A stretch of 62,330 nucleotides of DNA, filler included, from 10 parts of 10 records of this genome joined end to end with filler, not necessarily neighbours in it, one strand, 5' to 3'; positions 24,101 through 35,932 are shown, counted from the first letter of the whole stretch. Program-made: numbers and translations. Notes: generated by a model from the sequence alone, not told the origin.

Positions 24101-25842
24101 AGCGTCAACTTGATCTCTTCAAGCCAGACGTGCACCGCTCTCTTGCCGGAGAATGCAGCAAGATCATCTGCCCATTCTTTGTGCGCTTGAAGAACAGCCT
24201 GGTCCGGATCAAAGTCAGCATCAAGAATCTTGGCGATCCTGACATGTAGTGACGCGTACGCATCCCTGGATATACGCGTGCCTTTCGTCTTTATCCGCAG
24301 CCGCTTCCACCGAGCGTGCGTCGGGCTCATGGAGTTCTGAGCCTGTTCCATCTCTAGCCGCGCCGACTCCTTTACCACAAGGTCGTAGAATTTGCGCATC
24401 GAGGCTCCGATTAAGGGCGAGGCCCGCAGGTTGTCCCGAATGTCGTTCTGTACCACCGCTTTCGACATAACTTCGAGGCAGCGCTCGTCTCTGAGAGCCC
24501 TACGCCAATCGGACTGCGCGAGCTTTAGCAAGACCACCGGTCCCACCGCGCTGACCGTCGCTGATCGATACGACACTGGGGTCATCAGCGCAGCTTCGCC
24601 AAACATCTCGCCAGCCGTTAGTTCATTGACACGGCCGACTTTGTCGACGTTCACCGTAAGGTTGCCCTCCCAGACTATATACAGGTGCCACCCGCGTTTG
24701 CCCTGCTCAACGATGGTGTCACCAACGTCGTACACAACCTTTTCCGCTACGGCGGCGAGCTGCAGCAACTCGCCAGTAGTACAGTCCTGGAAAGCCTCCA
24801 CTCCCGCGAGAAGATCCACCCTCGTTTGCAACTCGTCCGGCCCACCGATTACCTCGGTTAGTAGCTTCTGTGCAGCCTCCGTGCTCAACCGCAGCAGGGC
24901 GGTGGGCTCACTACACGCCACGACTGAAGCTTCACGCCGTTCGCGCGTCAGAAGACTGAGGTGCCCAAAGACTGCGCCCTTGGGCATGGAAGACTCTACG
25001 TCTATCGCGAGCGCCCCATCCTTGTCATGACACAGCACGGCACACGAACCTTCATCAACGATGAACATTGAGTCGCCTATCTGGTCCTCCGCGAAGATCA
25101 GGTCTCCATGGGCGCACTCCAGCCTCTGCATCCTAACGGCGAGTTTCCGAAGCTGACCAGTTTTGAACTTGCTGAATATGGCGACACCACGCAGTAATTC
25201 TGCCCTGCGGGCAATCTCTTTTCGGTGATATGATGCCAAGCTGCGCCAGGCGCCACGCCCACCTTGCCCACCAGAGAGAGCCCACGCTGACACCTGTGCC
25301 TTTGTCGCTTGAGCGCCGCCGTGGCCGTATTGTATCACAGTCTGCTCGTGGGAGGAGGCCGAGCTCGTTCCCGGGACGTCCTCGTCTTCTTTCGCCTCCA
25401 TGCCTGGTGCTCGCATGTGCATGACAGAAGTGTGCGAGCCCGTGACGCCCCACCGTGGCTTGTCGCTGGCTTTGGGCTTGTCCTGCTTGGTCTTGGCTGC
25501 AGTCGGCCCGCGGTGCGCATGCGCACAGGTGCGCTCATTCTCGTTCTTGTGCACGGCTGTGCGCTTTCGCTGCTTTGCAGTCCGCTTGCGGGTGGCTCGT
25601 CCACGCTGCTGCGCTTGAATTGTCACGGCCGCATTAACCTTCTTTTTCTTGAGCTTCTTCGTCTTCCTTCTCGCTATCCGACCACGACAGACCGCCTGGA
25701 TCTCGCTGGCTGCCTGGTCTGCCGCGCTCCACATCGCTCGTCCCGGCTGCTGCGACACCGTGCTGGCGGCTTCGACGATCCTCGGTGGAATCGATCGCTT
25801 CAGCACGCTCGGCAGACTATTATCCGCCTGCAGGTCCGCCAT
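21116..25842 (-). CDS. IQ-motif / double cNMP-binding / multi-EF-hand protein, ~1469 aa
   Basis: IQAVCRGRIARR and IQAQQRGRATRK; cNMP domains (GDSMFIVDEG..FGHLSLL..REASVVA; FGEAALM..RSATVSA); EF-hands DENGSGELDVLEF, DRDGEGSLDLSEF, DTDGEGTIDAFEF, DIDQSGGIDTEEL. Predicted introns 22800-22584 and 21623-21524. Confidence 0.82.
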
Positions 25843-26503
25843 CGCGCGGCGGGCGGGCGCCCTGGCAGCGCGGCCGGCACCCAGGTCGCCGATTCTCCAG
25901 TATCACCCTCGCTACCGAGGTACCGTATAGCGTATAGTATACTGGTACTGGTACTGTACCTGCATGGGTACATGCATGGCCGCGCTGAAATGGGCCAAAT
26001 GCATTTGATTTTGCGGGAATGAGAATCGACCTCATCGAAGAGGGTTTCTGCTTGATTCTTCTGGGTCTGTGCGGTGTGCCGCCACGAGTTTTTTGGGTTT
26101 TGTGAGCAACAGTATGTCAATTAGCGTCGTTCGGTGACTGCTGTCTCTGCTGTGGATTTGTCGGCCCGCGGATCCGATGAGCGTTTCCCCTGAATCCGAG
26201 GTGATCAGCGCGCTGGCACCACCACGACGCACGAGGAATGCTCAAGCGCCGTGGTATTTTTCTTTTCAATTTTTGTAGGATCCTGTAGTATTATTACCAG
26301 TCACAGGCTGGGTCAGAGTACTGATATTCCAAGAAAACCTTCGGCTCCGCGGGGTCTGCTTGATTTATCACTGAGTTCTATTTACTCCACAGGAATCCAA
26401 CCCCGTGCCAGCCTGGCGGACCAACCGGACCTGAGCTGTTCGAGTGTTCGTTTCCTGGCGCCCACGGTGCGTATTTCCTCGAGGAATACTCTAATCGAAG
26501 ATG

Positions 26504-26603
26504 NNNNNNNNNNNNNNNNNNNNNNNNNNNNNNNNNNNNNNNNNNNNTTAATTAATTAANNNNNNNNNNNNNNNNNNNNNNNNNNNNNNNNNNNNNNNNN
26601 NNN
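26504..26603. other. Artificial contig spacer
   Basis: 44 N + TTAATTAATTAA + 44 N. Confidence 0.98.
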
Positions 26604-26817
26604 CAGCAGCGGTCGAACTGTCACATGTATTGGTGGGCGGGTATGTATTCATTTATATCGATACAGCAGTATTGATGAGAATACATATTCATTTGCCTGT
26701 GTCCAAGAAGACGCCACAACTCGAATTGTTTCACTATTTCACGGAGCATGGCAGTTGCCGTCCCAACGATGAGAAAATATTCGAAAACTGATGAATGCTA
26801 TCACCTGCGTGGCGTTG

Positions 26818-29712
26818 TCAGCATAGAAATGCTTCAGTATATGGCCGCATGCTGCAGCATAGCAGCGGAGCGCGATGGCAGGGCGTCGGTTCGTGGATTG
26901 TATAGCGCACCGTCGAGAGAAAGGTGTGAACGAGTATCGCTCCCTTCCCCGTGTTTTTATGCGCAATCCATGCTAAAATTCCGGTCGACTCCGCTTCTCG
27001 CTCCAGCATCCGTTCCGCTACGATCTTACTGAACTCCTCACGGCGCGGCTGCATGGTAAGCCAGTAGGCAGCATGCAGCCGTGCAAGATTGTACACCGAG
27101 ATAGAGACGGATACCGAGGCGATGAAAACGATGATGAGGGACCAAGCAAGTCTCCCTTGTTCTGGATTAAGCTCAGGATCAAAGGCTCCAATCGATGTGT
27201 GATTGTCCGCCTGCAGGCAGATGCGAGAACAATCAACCATGGCGACAAGAGAGACTTACACAACCGAATTGCGCGAGCGCATGCAAGGCAAGCAGGGTGC
27301 CTGTGTCTCTCAGTGGTGGCCTGCCGACGCACCCATATCTCCTCCGCATCTTCTAGATCAAGCAGTGCCTTCTTGACGAGCACAGCGGCGTCCGCCACCA
27401 GCACCACTGCATACATGAGCCACAGCAAAAGCTGAAACCCGAACAGGGCCAGAAACTTTGCTGTCCCAAACCTACGGCCGAGGCGAGGCAAAGAAAAACG
27501 ATGAATTGTCAGGCAGCATAAAGTCTGACCGGTTTGTCATAGGTGGAATCGTACCTTGAGATCAAAGTCAAATCCGCGTGCGAGAAATAGAGCATATAGT
27601 TGTTTGCTCTTCGCTTTTGTGTGGCCAAATCCTCTGATGTCGCGTCATCCTCCTCTTCGCCAGCCTCTGCTGCACCCTCCGCCTCCTCTGTCAGTGGCGT
27701 GGTCCCACCACCTCGTCGACCCCAGCGCCCACCACCGCGACGCTTGGTCTTTTTCTTGCCAGGAGAAGGGGCCGCGTGGGTAAAAGCTGAGATTGGGGTG
27801 TGTGATATTGGGTCGTAGAGGTCGAGGGTATCCCCATTTTCGCGGCGCTGACGTAGGAACCTTCTGATCTTATCAGCAGTAGTGACGTCCTGAAGCTGGA
27901 ACCACGACAACCACAATGCGGCGAACAAGGTGCAAACGGCTGGGACAAAGCCAAGAAAACCCAGCCTTAGTCTCCACCTGATGTTGTTAATGTCAGATTC
28001 ACTGACAGTCGCAGACATTGATCCATGCCCCGGGTCACCATTTGTGCATTCAGCAGAGAGAAAAGCGATAGGAAATATCCGGCCGCAGAAGGTGATCCAA
28101 AGATGGATCAATTTCGAGATAGCCTGGTACGTCCCTTCTTGTCTGGCACCACAGATCAGCTCCCCATAATCCACGACGTCGGAGAGCAGCGCAGGCTTCA
28201 GTGACTGAATACCTCCCCATGCCAACCCAAGCAAGGCCTGCAGGACGGACAGAGTGCGGTACGCAGAAGTTAGAAGAAGAGTCATCATTTGACAGGTGAT
28301 CTGGTGGCCGTTTGTTGGAAGCCAGCAGTAGCAAAGTAGAGACAGTCAAGCAGAGCAGACAAACTCGCGTGCATATGCATGCAACGTACCGTGAAGGCAA
28401 GGAATACTCCGCGGCTGTTACCCTCGTCACCTGCAAAGAATCCGAACAGGCTGAAGAAAAACGCAAGGACCACAAAACCCCGTAGCGTGGAAAGCTTGTT
28501 GAAACGCCGCGCGAGCAGCGGCGCCAGCAGCCCCGCGGAGATCATAGCGACAGCAGCGTAAACAACCATCGCGTAGGAGGCCCACAGCAACGCCTGCCCT
28601 TGCTCGCAGCCTTCGTTGGTGTACCGATTTGTGTCGTATTTCTGCTGTTCCTCGCTGCATTCGAGTAGGTAGACATATACGGCCGGCACGATCGCCATGA
28701 GCTCTGCAATGAGGTTCAAAGGCGCAGTGGCATACATGTATATCTTCCACTGCGAATTCCGCATGATCCATCGAAGACCCGGCACGAAGGATGTGCGCGT
28801 GCGACGGAACTGCTTACCCGGCAGCGCATCAGATGGTGTCTCGGACGTGGCCAGCCACGCAGCGATGTGCGTGACGAGGAGCACCACTGCAAGTGTAGTG
28901 CCAATCACAATGCGCGGCATGCCACGAGGAATTTCACTGTTCGATTGGAAGCCAATCATTGCCGCGGCTACTGAAGCGCAGCCAGCGCCGGCGATTCCAG
29001 CTGAAGTCTGCGCTGCGAAAAGCTTCGTGCGCACGTCAGGATGATGCAAGGCCGACATCTCAGTGCCCAGCGCGTCCAGCATCGTTGTGGCGATCTCCAC
29101 GAACACCATGAGCAGCCCGAATACGATCGCGTAAAATAGCGAATTGCGCTCCAGCAAGGCGGGCGGGGAGACCAGCAGGAACGCTGCCGCCGCAGTCAGC
29201 GGCGCGAGGAAGGCCAGGACTGGCCGACGCCGACCGAAGCGTGTGCGAATGCCGTCGCCGAAGTGGGCGGCGGCGAGCTGTGTGTAGCTAGCAACGATGA
29301 GGGACCCAAACGCACTCATGGTCACGTAGCCCGCATCACGCCGCCCATTGTCTAAGTTGTCCGACTGGCTGTGTAGCTGGGTCACTGCGTGTGTTGCCGC
29401 GAATGCCTGCACACCTCGCAGCGCAAATGCAGGCAACGCGTAGCCCACCATGACGGCCCATCCCAGTGAGCCCTGCTCAGCGCTGCGGAAGGGCAGGGGC
29501 GAAACATCGCCACCACCTCCCGGATGCGCCTGCGGATAGCCCTGGATGTTCGCACTGCGGACTGACCGCCCGGAGATTTCGCCCGGGGCCGCGAACGGGT
29601 CAGTAAATCCCGGCGCCCTCCTCGCCGCGGCAGCCTGCTGCAGCAGCGGCCCGGCGCCCTCCTCCACCAGCCCTCTGCCGCCGAAGCCACCCGCCCGACC
29701 GCGCCCTGCCAT
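26818..29712 (-). CDS. MFS transporter, GPH/MelB-MFSD2-like family, with C-terminal extension (3' end uncertain)
   Basis: FGDGIRTRFGRRRPVL and ALLSDVVDYGELICGARQEGTY are GPH-family motifs; ~12 hydrophobic segments. Introns 28389-28238, 27554-27472, 27332-27211. Confidence 0.8.
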
Positions 29713-29752
29713 ATCCGCCCGTCAGCGCGGACCAGTCAACTGTATGTGTACA

Positions 29753-29852
29753 NNNNNNNNNNNNNNNNNNNNNNNNNNNNNNNNNNNNNNNNNNNNTTAA
29801 TTAATTAANNNNNNNNNNNNNNNNNNNNNNNNNNNNNNNNNNNNNNNNNNNN
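29753..29852. other. Artificial contig spacer
   Basis: 44 N + TTAATTAATTAA + 44 N. Confidence 0.98.
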
Positions 29853-30398
29853 TAAGAATACACATTTGTGTAGTGCGGACCCAGTACACGACGCGCATTG
29901 TCGTGACATTGGAGTGAAAACACCACTACGCCGAGTCCATTTGGCGCCAATTGTCCTTATCAGACACATGTAGCAGTGTTTGCATAACGAGGTTGTCAAC
30001 GGTCTCCTCCTGGATTTCATAGCCTACAATTTCACGCCCCTGTCTTTCAGGTGTGGCCGTGGTCCCGGATGCCGGTTCTGACTCCACTGGTCCGGAAATC
30101 GATGTCCGGGCGCAGTAGAAACCGCCCCTGCTCTGTCCAGAGCATGCTCTCCAGAACCCTGGGTTGTCGGCATGGCATGAGCCTCACCCTCAGTAGCAAG
30201 GCGGCAGGGGTGAGTGGAAAGTTCTGCACAACCAACAAATCACGTTGTGATGGCCTGTCGACGGTAAAAGGCGGCGGCATGCTGCATGGGGCTCCTCCGA
30301 GCTCCGTACGACCTCCGAGTCCGTCCCGCTGCTGGCTCAGTGGCTGTTCAGTGTTCTTTCGTGACCGCCTTACCCAGGTTGCACGGGCTTGTTGCTGT

Positions 30399-30632
30399 AT
30401 GCCTGACCGCATCCTGCGGAAGCCGCGCCACGACCTGGACGACAGCCCGCTGGAAGGCAGCGAAGAGATTCAGCTGCCCACGGGGCCGGAGCTCTTCGGG
30501 CTGTGTGTGATCTTCATCCCGCTGGCGCTGTGGCTGGCGCTGTGCCTATTTGGCGAGCAGGGGCTCATCAACTGGTGCAGATATGGGCGCAAGCGCACCA
30601 ACAAGTCGTACATCGAGAACCGTGCGCGCTGA
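30399..30632 (+). CDS. Small single-pass membrane protein (~77 aa; start uncertain)
   Basis: MPDRILRKPRHDLDDSPLEGSEEIQLPTGPELFGLCVIFIPLALWLALCLFGEQGLINWCRYGRKRTNKSYIENRAR*. Codons are strongly C/G-ending, with one TM segment followed by basic residues. Confidence 0.55.
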   Translation: MPDRILRKPRHDLDDSPLEGSEEIQLPTGPELFGLCVIFIPLALWLALCLFGEQGLINWCRYGRKRTNKSYIENRAR

Positions 30633-30642
30633 AAGCAGCGCG

Positions 30643-32343
30643 ATGGCGGCACGGGGTGTGCTGGCGGTGGCTCTGTCGCTGCTGGCGCTCGTCCCGCCGG
30701 TTGACGCGGCGGACAGTTCTGCTTCATACGCCGTGGTCTGTGACGCTGGTAGCACGGGCACGCGCGCCTATGTCTACAGCCTGGCGGGCGGAGTTGGCGC
30801 GCGTGTGCAGGCGCAGCGAGCAGCAAAAGTCAAGCCTGGCCTATCGACGTTCGGAGCGCGGCCGCACGAGTCTGTGGAGTATCTGATGGAGCTTGTCGCA
30901 GACGCGACGCCGCTGGTGCCAGCGCACCTTCGGTCGCAGACCCCGCTGTTCGTGCGCGCTACCGCGGGTATGCGGCTCATTCCGGAGCATCAGCAGCAAG
31001 CTGTTTACGACGCTCTTTTCGCGGGCTTGCGGGATCGCCAGGCGCAAGGCGAGTCCGGCGTCGGTGCAGTTCCGTTTTTGATCCGGCGCGAGCACTTCGC
31101 GACGCTCACGGGCGATGAGGAGGGTTTCTTTGGACTTCTCGCTGTGAACTATCTTAAAGGTGTGATCGGAGCGGATTTAATGCCCGACCTGGGTAGACCT
31201 GACCTAGCGACGGCGTTGATTCATCGCAAATACATGGATGGTAAGCCGTGGATCATTGGCGCTCTCGATCTCGGCGGTTCGTCGACGCAAATCTCCTTCA
31301 GCACCCAGCGGGGCACGCCCACTGACGGATCCGGGCGCTCCCGTCCCCTCGAGCCCCGTGACGCGTACGTGCACAGCTATCTGGGTATCGGAGCAGAGCT
31401 CAGCCGTGTGATGGTTCAAGAGCACTACGCGTCGCGTGCGGCGGCTAAGCGAACAGATCGTATCGATTTCCCGTGCTTTTTCCGAGGCTTTGAAAGTGAG
31501 GTCGTCCACCGTTCAACTGGCGTCATCGACGGGCGCATCAGTGGGAGTGGCCCTCGAATCACACTGGTGGGGTCCGGCAACGCCACCGAGTGCAGCACAG
31601 CGATCGCAGCGGTTGTTCTTGGTCGCCCACGGGCTACTTCTGGCGGCGGTGGGCTTGCGCATGTGGGCAATCCCCCAATCTGCCCGTCGCGACCTTGTGG
31701 CATCGGTGATGTCAGCCAGCCGCCGGTCGGAGGCCTAGATTTCCTTGCGATGTCGATGCACTACTATGCAGTGGACTGCATGCGTACACTGCTCCCGCCC
31801 TCATCGGCTGCGTCAGCAGGCCTTCGTGATCGGTGGCCCCAGCCGTGTATTGACGATATCTCAAGAGCCGCAGTGGACTGGTGCCAGCTAACGTGGTCGC
31901 AGCTGTCTGCTGGGCAATTGGGAACGCATGAACTCACTTCACCCGACAAACTGCCGCATCGATGCTATGATGCAAACTATGTCGCTACACTACTCGGTCC
32001 TTCGGGCTTCGGCATCCCCACGCACGAGCAGAGAGTGACTTTTTCCCTCGAGGTCGACGGTGCCGAGGTAGAGTGGACACTCGGAGCGTTTTTGCACTCG
32101 CGTCTGCACTCAAGTGCAACTGCTGCCGTGGACCGTTTGCACGCTGTCAGTGAACCAACTTTTGCCGTGACAATGGCTGCCGATGACATGGCTGAGAGCA
32201 GCAACGGTGATTTGATACCGGGCGGGTGGCTTTCGGCACTGTTGCTTGTTGCATCAGGCGCTTCGCTTTGGCAGTACAGCAAGCGGAGGAGACCAGTAGG
32301 CACAGGCGCTGCAAAGAAAATGAGGGCAATGCCAGTGCCATAG
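30643..32343 (+). CDS. GDA1/CD39-family apyrase (NTPDase), 566 aa, N-terminal signal and C-terminal TM
   Basis: All five apyrase conserved regions: VVCDAGSTGTR, ATAGMRL, GDEEGFFGLLAVNYL, GALDLGGSSTQI, VEWTLGA. Intronless. Confidence 0.93.
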   Translation: MAARGVLAVALSLLALVPPVDAADSSASYAVVCDAGSTGTRAYVYSLAGGVGARVQAQRAAKVKPGLSTFGARPHESVEYLMELVADATPLVPAHLRSQTPLFVRATAGMRLIPEHQQQAVYDALFAGLRDRQAQGESGVGAVPFLIRREHFATLTGDEEGFFGLLAVNYLKGVIGADLMPDLGRPDLATALIHRKYMDGKPWIIGALDLGGSSTQISFSTQRGTPTDGSGRSRPLEPRDAYVHSYLGIGAELSRVMVQEHYASRAAAKRTDRIDFPCFFRGFESEVVHRSTGVIDGRISGSGPRITLVGSGNATECSTAIAAVVLGRPRATSGGGGLAHVGNPPICPSRPCGIGDVSQPPVGGLDFLAMSMHYYAVDCMRTLLPPSSAASAGLRDRWPQPCIDDISRAAVDWCQLTWSQLSAGQLGTHELTSPDKLPHRCYDANYVATLLGPSGFGIPTHEQRVTFSLEVDGAEVEWTLGAFLHSRLHSSATAAVDRLHAVSEPTFAVTMAADDMAESSNGDLIPGGWLSALLLVASGASLWQYSKRRRPVGTGAAKKMRAMPVP

Positions 32344-32586
32344 AGCTCGGTGTATCGACAGTGTTCTTGCAAGAATGAAGGATTGCGAATCGACAGCCAC
32401 GCCACACTCAGAGCTGGAGCAATGCGAACGCAACAGTTGGAGGCATTGGTTGCTGTTGTCCTACTGTCCACCTCGCGCAAGCAGAGCCCACATGGAGACA
32501 GACATTCTGCAGTTGCATCATGCAGTAGCCTACCCAGCAGTGGCAGCAACAGCCGAGTCGGGGGCATACAGTCACGATGGCTAATC

Positions 32587-33212
32587 CTAGATCAATTCAT
32601 TCAACTGCTCTTGCCCTCGTGCCACTGCTTCCTCGAGGGCTACTAGGTCGGCCCGCCCGGCATCTACGCTTGCACGAAGTTGCTCCACTTCTGCGAGGAG
32701 CTCGGCATTCTCTCGCGCAAGGCTGTCGCGGTGCACGATCAACCTCCGCTGCTCCTCCTGTCCTTCTCCTGCCTGTTCCTTCTGCTCTCCCGAGACCCGT
32801 CGAGAAGGCAGTGGCGACTTAGCGACAGTGTCTCCGATGGTACTGGCGTCAGCAGCGTCCAGTCTCTCTGTGCGCTGGGTGCTGTCCTGCGTAGCGGTGG
32901 CGGCAGCACTCTGGGCGACCACGGCATATGCCGCCGCCCGCCCCGCCGCCGCGGCCAGTGCGGCTAGGGTCAGCTGCGCGACAGCCAGCTGGCGATGCTC
33001 GGGAGACAAAAGTATGTCCACAGCAGAGGCAATCAGCGCCTCGCCCATCTGCCAGTGCATCCGAACTGCTAGCTGAGCTTGATCCCAGCGCCCTGTGGCT
33101 GGCATGCGCGCGTCGGTTGCCCGCAACGACATTGATCACGCGGCAGCAGTATCTCTCTCGCTGACAGCCTCACGAGTGCCGACAGCCGCTTCGCCCCCCA
33201 TCCCGCCGAGCA
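32587..33212 (-). CDS. Hypothetical coiled-coil protein, 5'-partial
   Basis: ORF 32587-33132 ends in heptad-like DSLARENAELLAEVEQLRASVDAGRADLVALEEAVARGQEQLNELI; the contig ends at 33212. Confidence 0.4.
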
Positions 33213-33312
33213 NNNNNNNNNNNNNNNNNNNNNNNNNNNNNNNNNNNNNNNNNNNNTTAATTAATTAANNNNNNNNNNNNNNNNNNNNNNNNNNNNNNNN
33301 NNNNNNNNNNNN
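33213..33312. other. Artificial contig spacer
   Basis: 44 N + TTAATTAATTAA + 44 N. Confidence 0.98.
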
Positions 33313-33610
33313 GCAACAGCTGCTGCTGGTTGTATGCTGTTGTTGGTGTCACTGGTGCTCCTCAACATTCAATTTGAAAAGCATTTGTGAAGCCAAATTG
33401 AATTGTCATTGCCATTGTCATTGTCATAAATACCGGGGAGCGCGCGCGCGCACATAATACACGCGTGCATGTTTAGCTGAAGAGCGCGCTTGGCTACGCT
33501 GCCTTGACGGTTACGTTGGTAGTGGTGGTAGCGAGTGGGTGGGTGGCGAGACCGATTCCGATGACGATTACTACTTCCCTAGCGGAGGTAGCGATGGTGA
33601 CGATTGCGAT

Positions 33611-33636
33611 GCCTACGACTACTTGTAGTCGTAGGC
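33611..33636. repeat. Perfect 12-bp inverted repeat (hairpin)
   Basis: GCCTACGACTAC-TT-GTAGTCGTAGGC. Confidence 0.9.
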
Positions 33637-33879
33637 GCGTTGGAGTTTGTTTTGTCCACTAGCTTTCACTCGTAGTTTAGTGTGACTATTCAGTGTATGT
33701 GCCTGAATGGAAAATGCATGCCGGCCGCGCGCGCGCCGCCACTAAAACTCGGACTGCTAGTGAAGCATATAGCGCGAGCATGCATGTACGCCGCGCACCG
33801 CGCCCACAGGCGCGCGCGCGGCGGCCGGCGCGGGACAACTGCCCTCTGCCACGGTGGAGCGCACACAAATACGCGCTGT

Positions 33880-35932
33880 ATGGTGCACGCCGCCTTCTGT
33901 GGCATTTCGCACGAGACCAATACATTCGTCACTTCGGCGCTCGGCCTGACCCCTCGCGGCCCCGGTACATAAACTCGCACTCATTTCACATTGTGCCGTA
34001 ATGACACGAATGTACTAGTATCGTTGCCCGCCACCAATGAATCGATGCGAGTGAATATCCAGCCATGTCACTGTGTGTACAGGTGGCTTTGAACCAGTTG
34101 TCGGCGATGATGTACTGCACCTTTCTGGCAGCTACCTTGGAGGGATGGTCAGTGCGGCAAACGAACTGGGCTGGGATCTGACTGGGCTATTGTTTGCGAA
34201 CACGCAGCCCAGTGGCACTATCGCAGATGTGGCGTACGAAAGCATGCGCGAGGAGATACTAGCCCGTTTGCGCGATGCAATGCCTGTAGACGTGGTAGGA
34301 ATTGAGAATCATGGCGCTGGGGTTGCAGGTCAGTCATCTGCCTCCACCGGCATTAGTTGGCCGCTTTCAACCTGAAGATGCCCGTTCGCGCAAACTGGCC
34401 GCCAAACCACTCGTCGGTCATCATTTTGGACTTTGTCCCTGACCCATTTTGGTGTGTCACTCGTAGAGTCATACGAGGACGTGGAAGGTGACCTGGTGCG
34501 CGCTATCCGAGGGCTCGTTGGCCCGGATGTGGTGATTGTTGGAACCTTTGACCTGCATGGAAATATATCCGCGAGAATGGTGGCCAATTACGACTTCGTG
34601 GCGCCGAACCATCTCTATCCACACACTGACTCGTACGAGAGGGGTATAGAAGCGATGCGAATGGCGCCGCGTCTACTGGACGGCAGCGTGAAGACCACAT
34701 CACATCTAGAGTCTGTGCCACTGTTGCTGCCAATCTCGATGATGTGTACACAGCAAGGGTTTCCTGCAGCCGAGATAAACGATTTCATGTACTCGTTGGA
34801 GGCGCGCCCTGGGGTGTTGGATGTCACTGTATTTCATGGCTTTCCGTGGGCAGATATCTCTATCGTCGGTGCCTCAGTAGTTGTTACAACCAACGACGAT
34901 CAGAAGCTTGCAGCTGCAGTCGGCAGGGAGGCTGGACAGTGGCTTTGGGATCAGAGGCTCAAATTCGAGGCGACAATCTCTTCTGACGGTGTTCCGCGAA
35001 AGGTGTTAAGTGATGTTCATACAGCTAACTCGGCAATCCAAGCCGCGTTGCAAATAATCCAAGGAGGACAAGATAGCGTCGTAGACCACAGACCAGTATG
35101 CATCAACGAGACGGCAGATAACTGCGGAGGTGGCGCGCCGGTACAATTACCTCTCGCTGCACGTTGTTTTATTGATATAAGAATTGTGCATTTGATTTGA
35201 AATCAACGATTGCGGCAAGCGGCTCGAAATGCAATATTCTCACGAGACAGGGTGACGCCACGCTGCTCCTGCGCGCGCTGCTTGACGCGCAGCTGCCGCC
35301 CGGAACGGCAGCATTTGGATGGGTCTACGACCCTGAGGTGCTCGATCAATGTTTTGCTGCTGGTGTGGGTCAATCTATTGGTGTCTCCCTCGGAGGCAAG
35401 GCGGATCCAACTCTTGGTAAGGCACACCACCACGACAATACTGTCAAAACGATTACATTGCAAATGAAAGTGGCAATTTCTTGCACACGGGACAGGTGGA
35501 GGCCCGATAGAGACCACTGCGACAGTCCGAACTCTCACTGATGGCTGTTTTCCCGCCCGTGAAGGAAGTGTTGGCTGGTCGCCTGGCTCGTCGCGTCAGA
35601 TGGGGAAAATGGCACGAATAGAAATCGCCGGCGTCGATGTGCTGGTGAATTCAGTGCGCAGCCAAGTCTTCGATGAAGGAGCTTTCACTTTGGCTGGGAT
35701 CGACATCAACTCGTACCAGATCATCGGCGTGAAGTCTTCGACGCATTTTCGCGCAGGTTGGGCGCCAATTAGCCGCGCGATCCTAACAGCAGACGAGCCT
35801 GGTTGGACTTCGAATGACTTACATGTCTTCGACCCGATGCGCAAGAATCTTGCTGAGCGCAGCCTTTGGCCTGTGGATGCAAGAGCAACCTACCCTTTAG
35901 TGCTAGCAACTGGCGTGCGACCAAAAATGTAG
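33880..35932 (+). CDS. mlrC: MlrC-like M81 family metallopeptidase/deacylase, ~535 aa, 5 exons
   Basis: Exons 33880-33964, 34083-34328, 34467-35140, 35251-35416, 35496-35932. Motifs GISHETNTF, NHGAGVA, TFDLHGN, YPHTD, GFPWAD, ADNCGGGAPGDAT, VKSSTHFRA. Confidence 0.9.

Noticed and set aside
26000-26503. Possible ncRNA or short gene upstream of the cNMP gene
   Set aside because: No recognisable tRNA, snRNA or snoRNA signature or protein motif; it needs an Rfam search.
30070-30081. TGC-CGG-TTC-TGA read as a selenoprotein CxxU motif (also a C-Y-TGA on the minus strand near 30190)
   Set aside because: No thioredoxin-like context and no identifiable SECIS. A Sec-free minus-strand spliced model (ATG ~30280) explains the region equally well, but is itself too weak to call.
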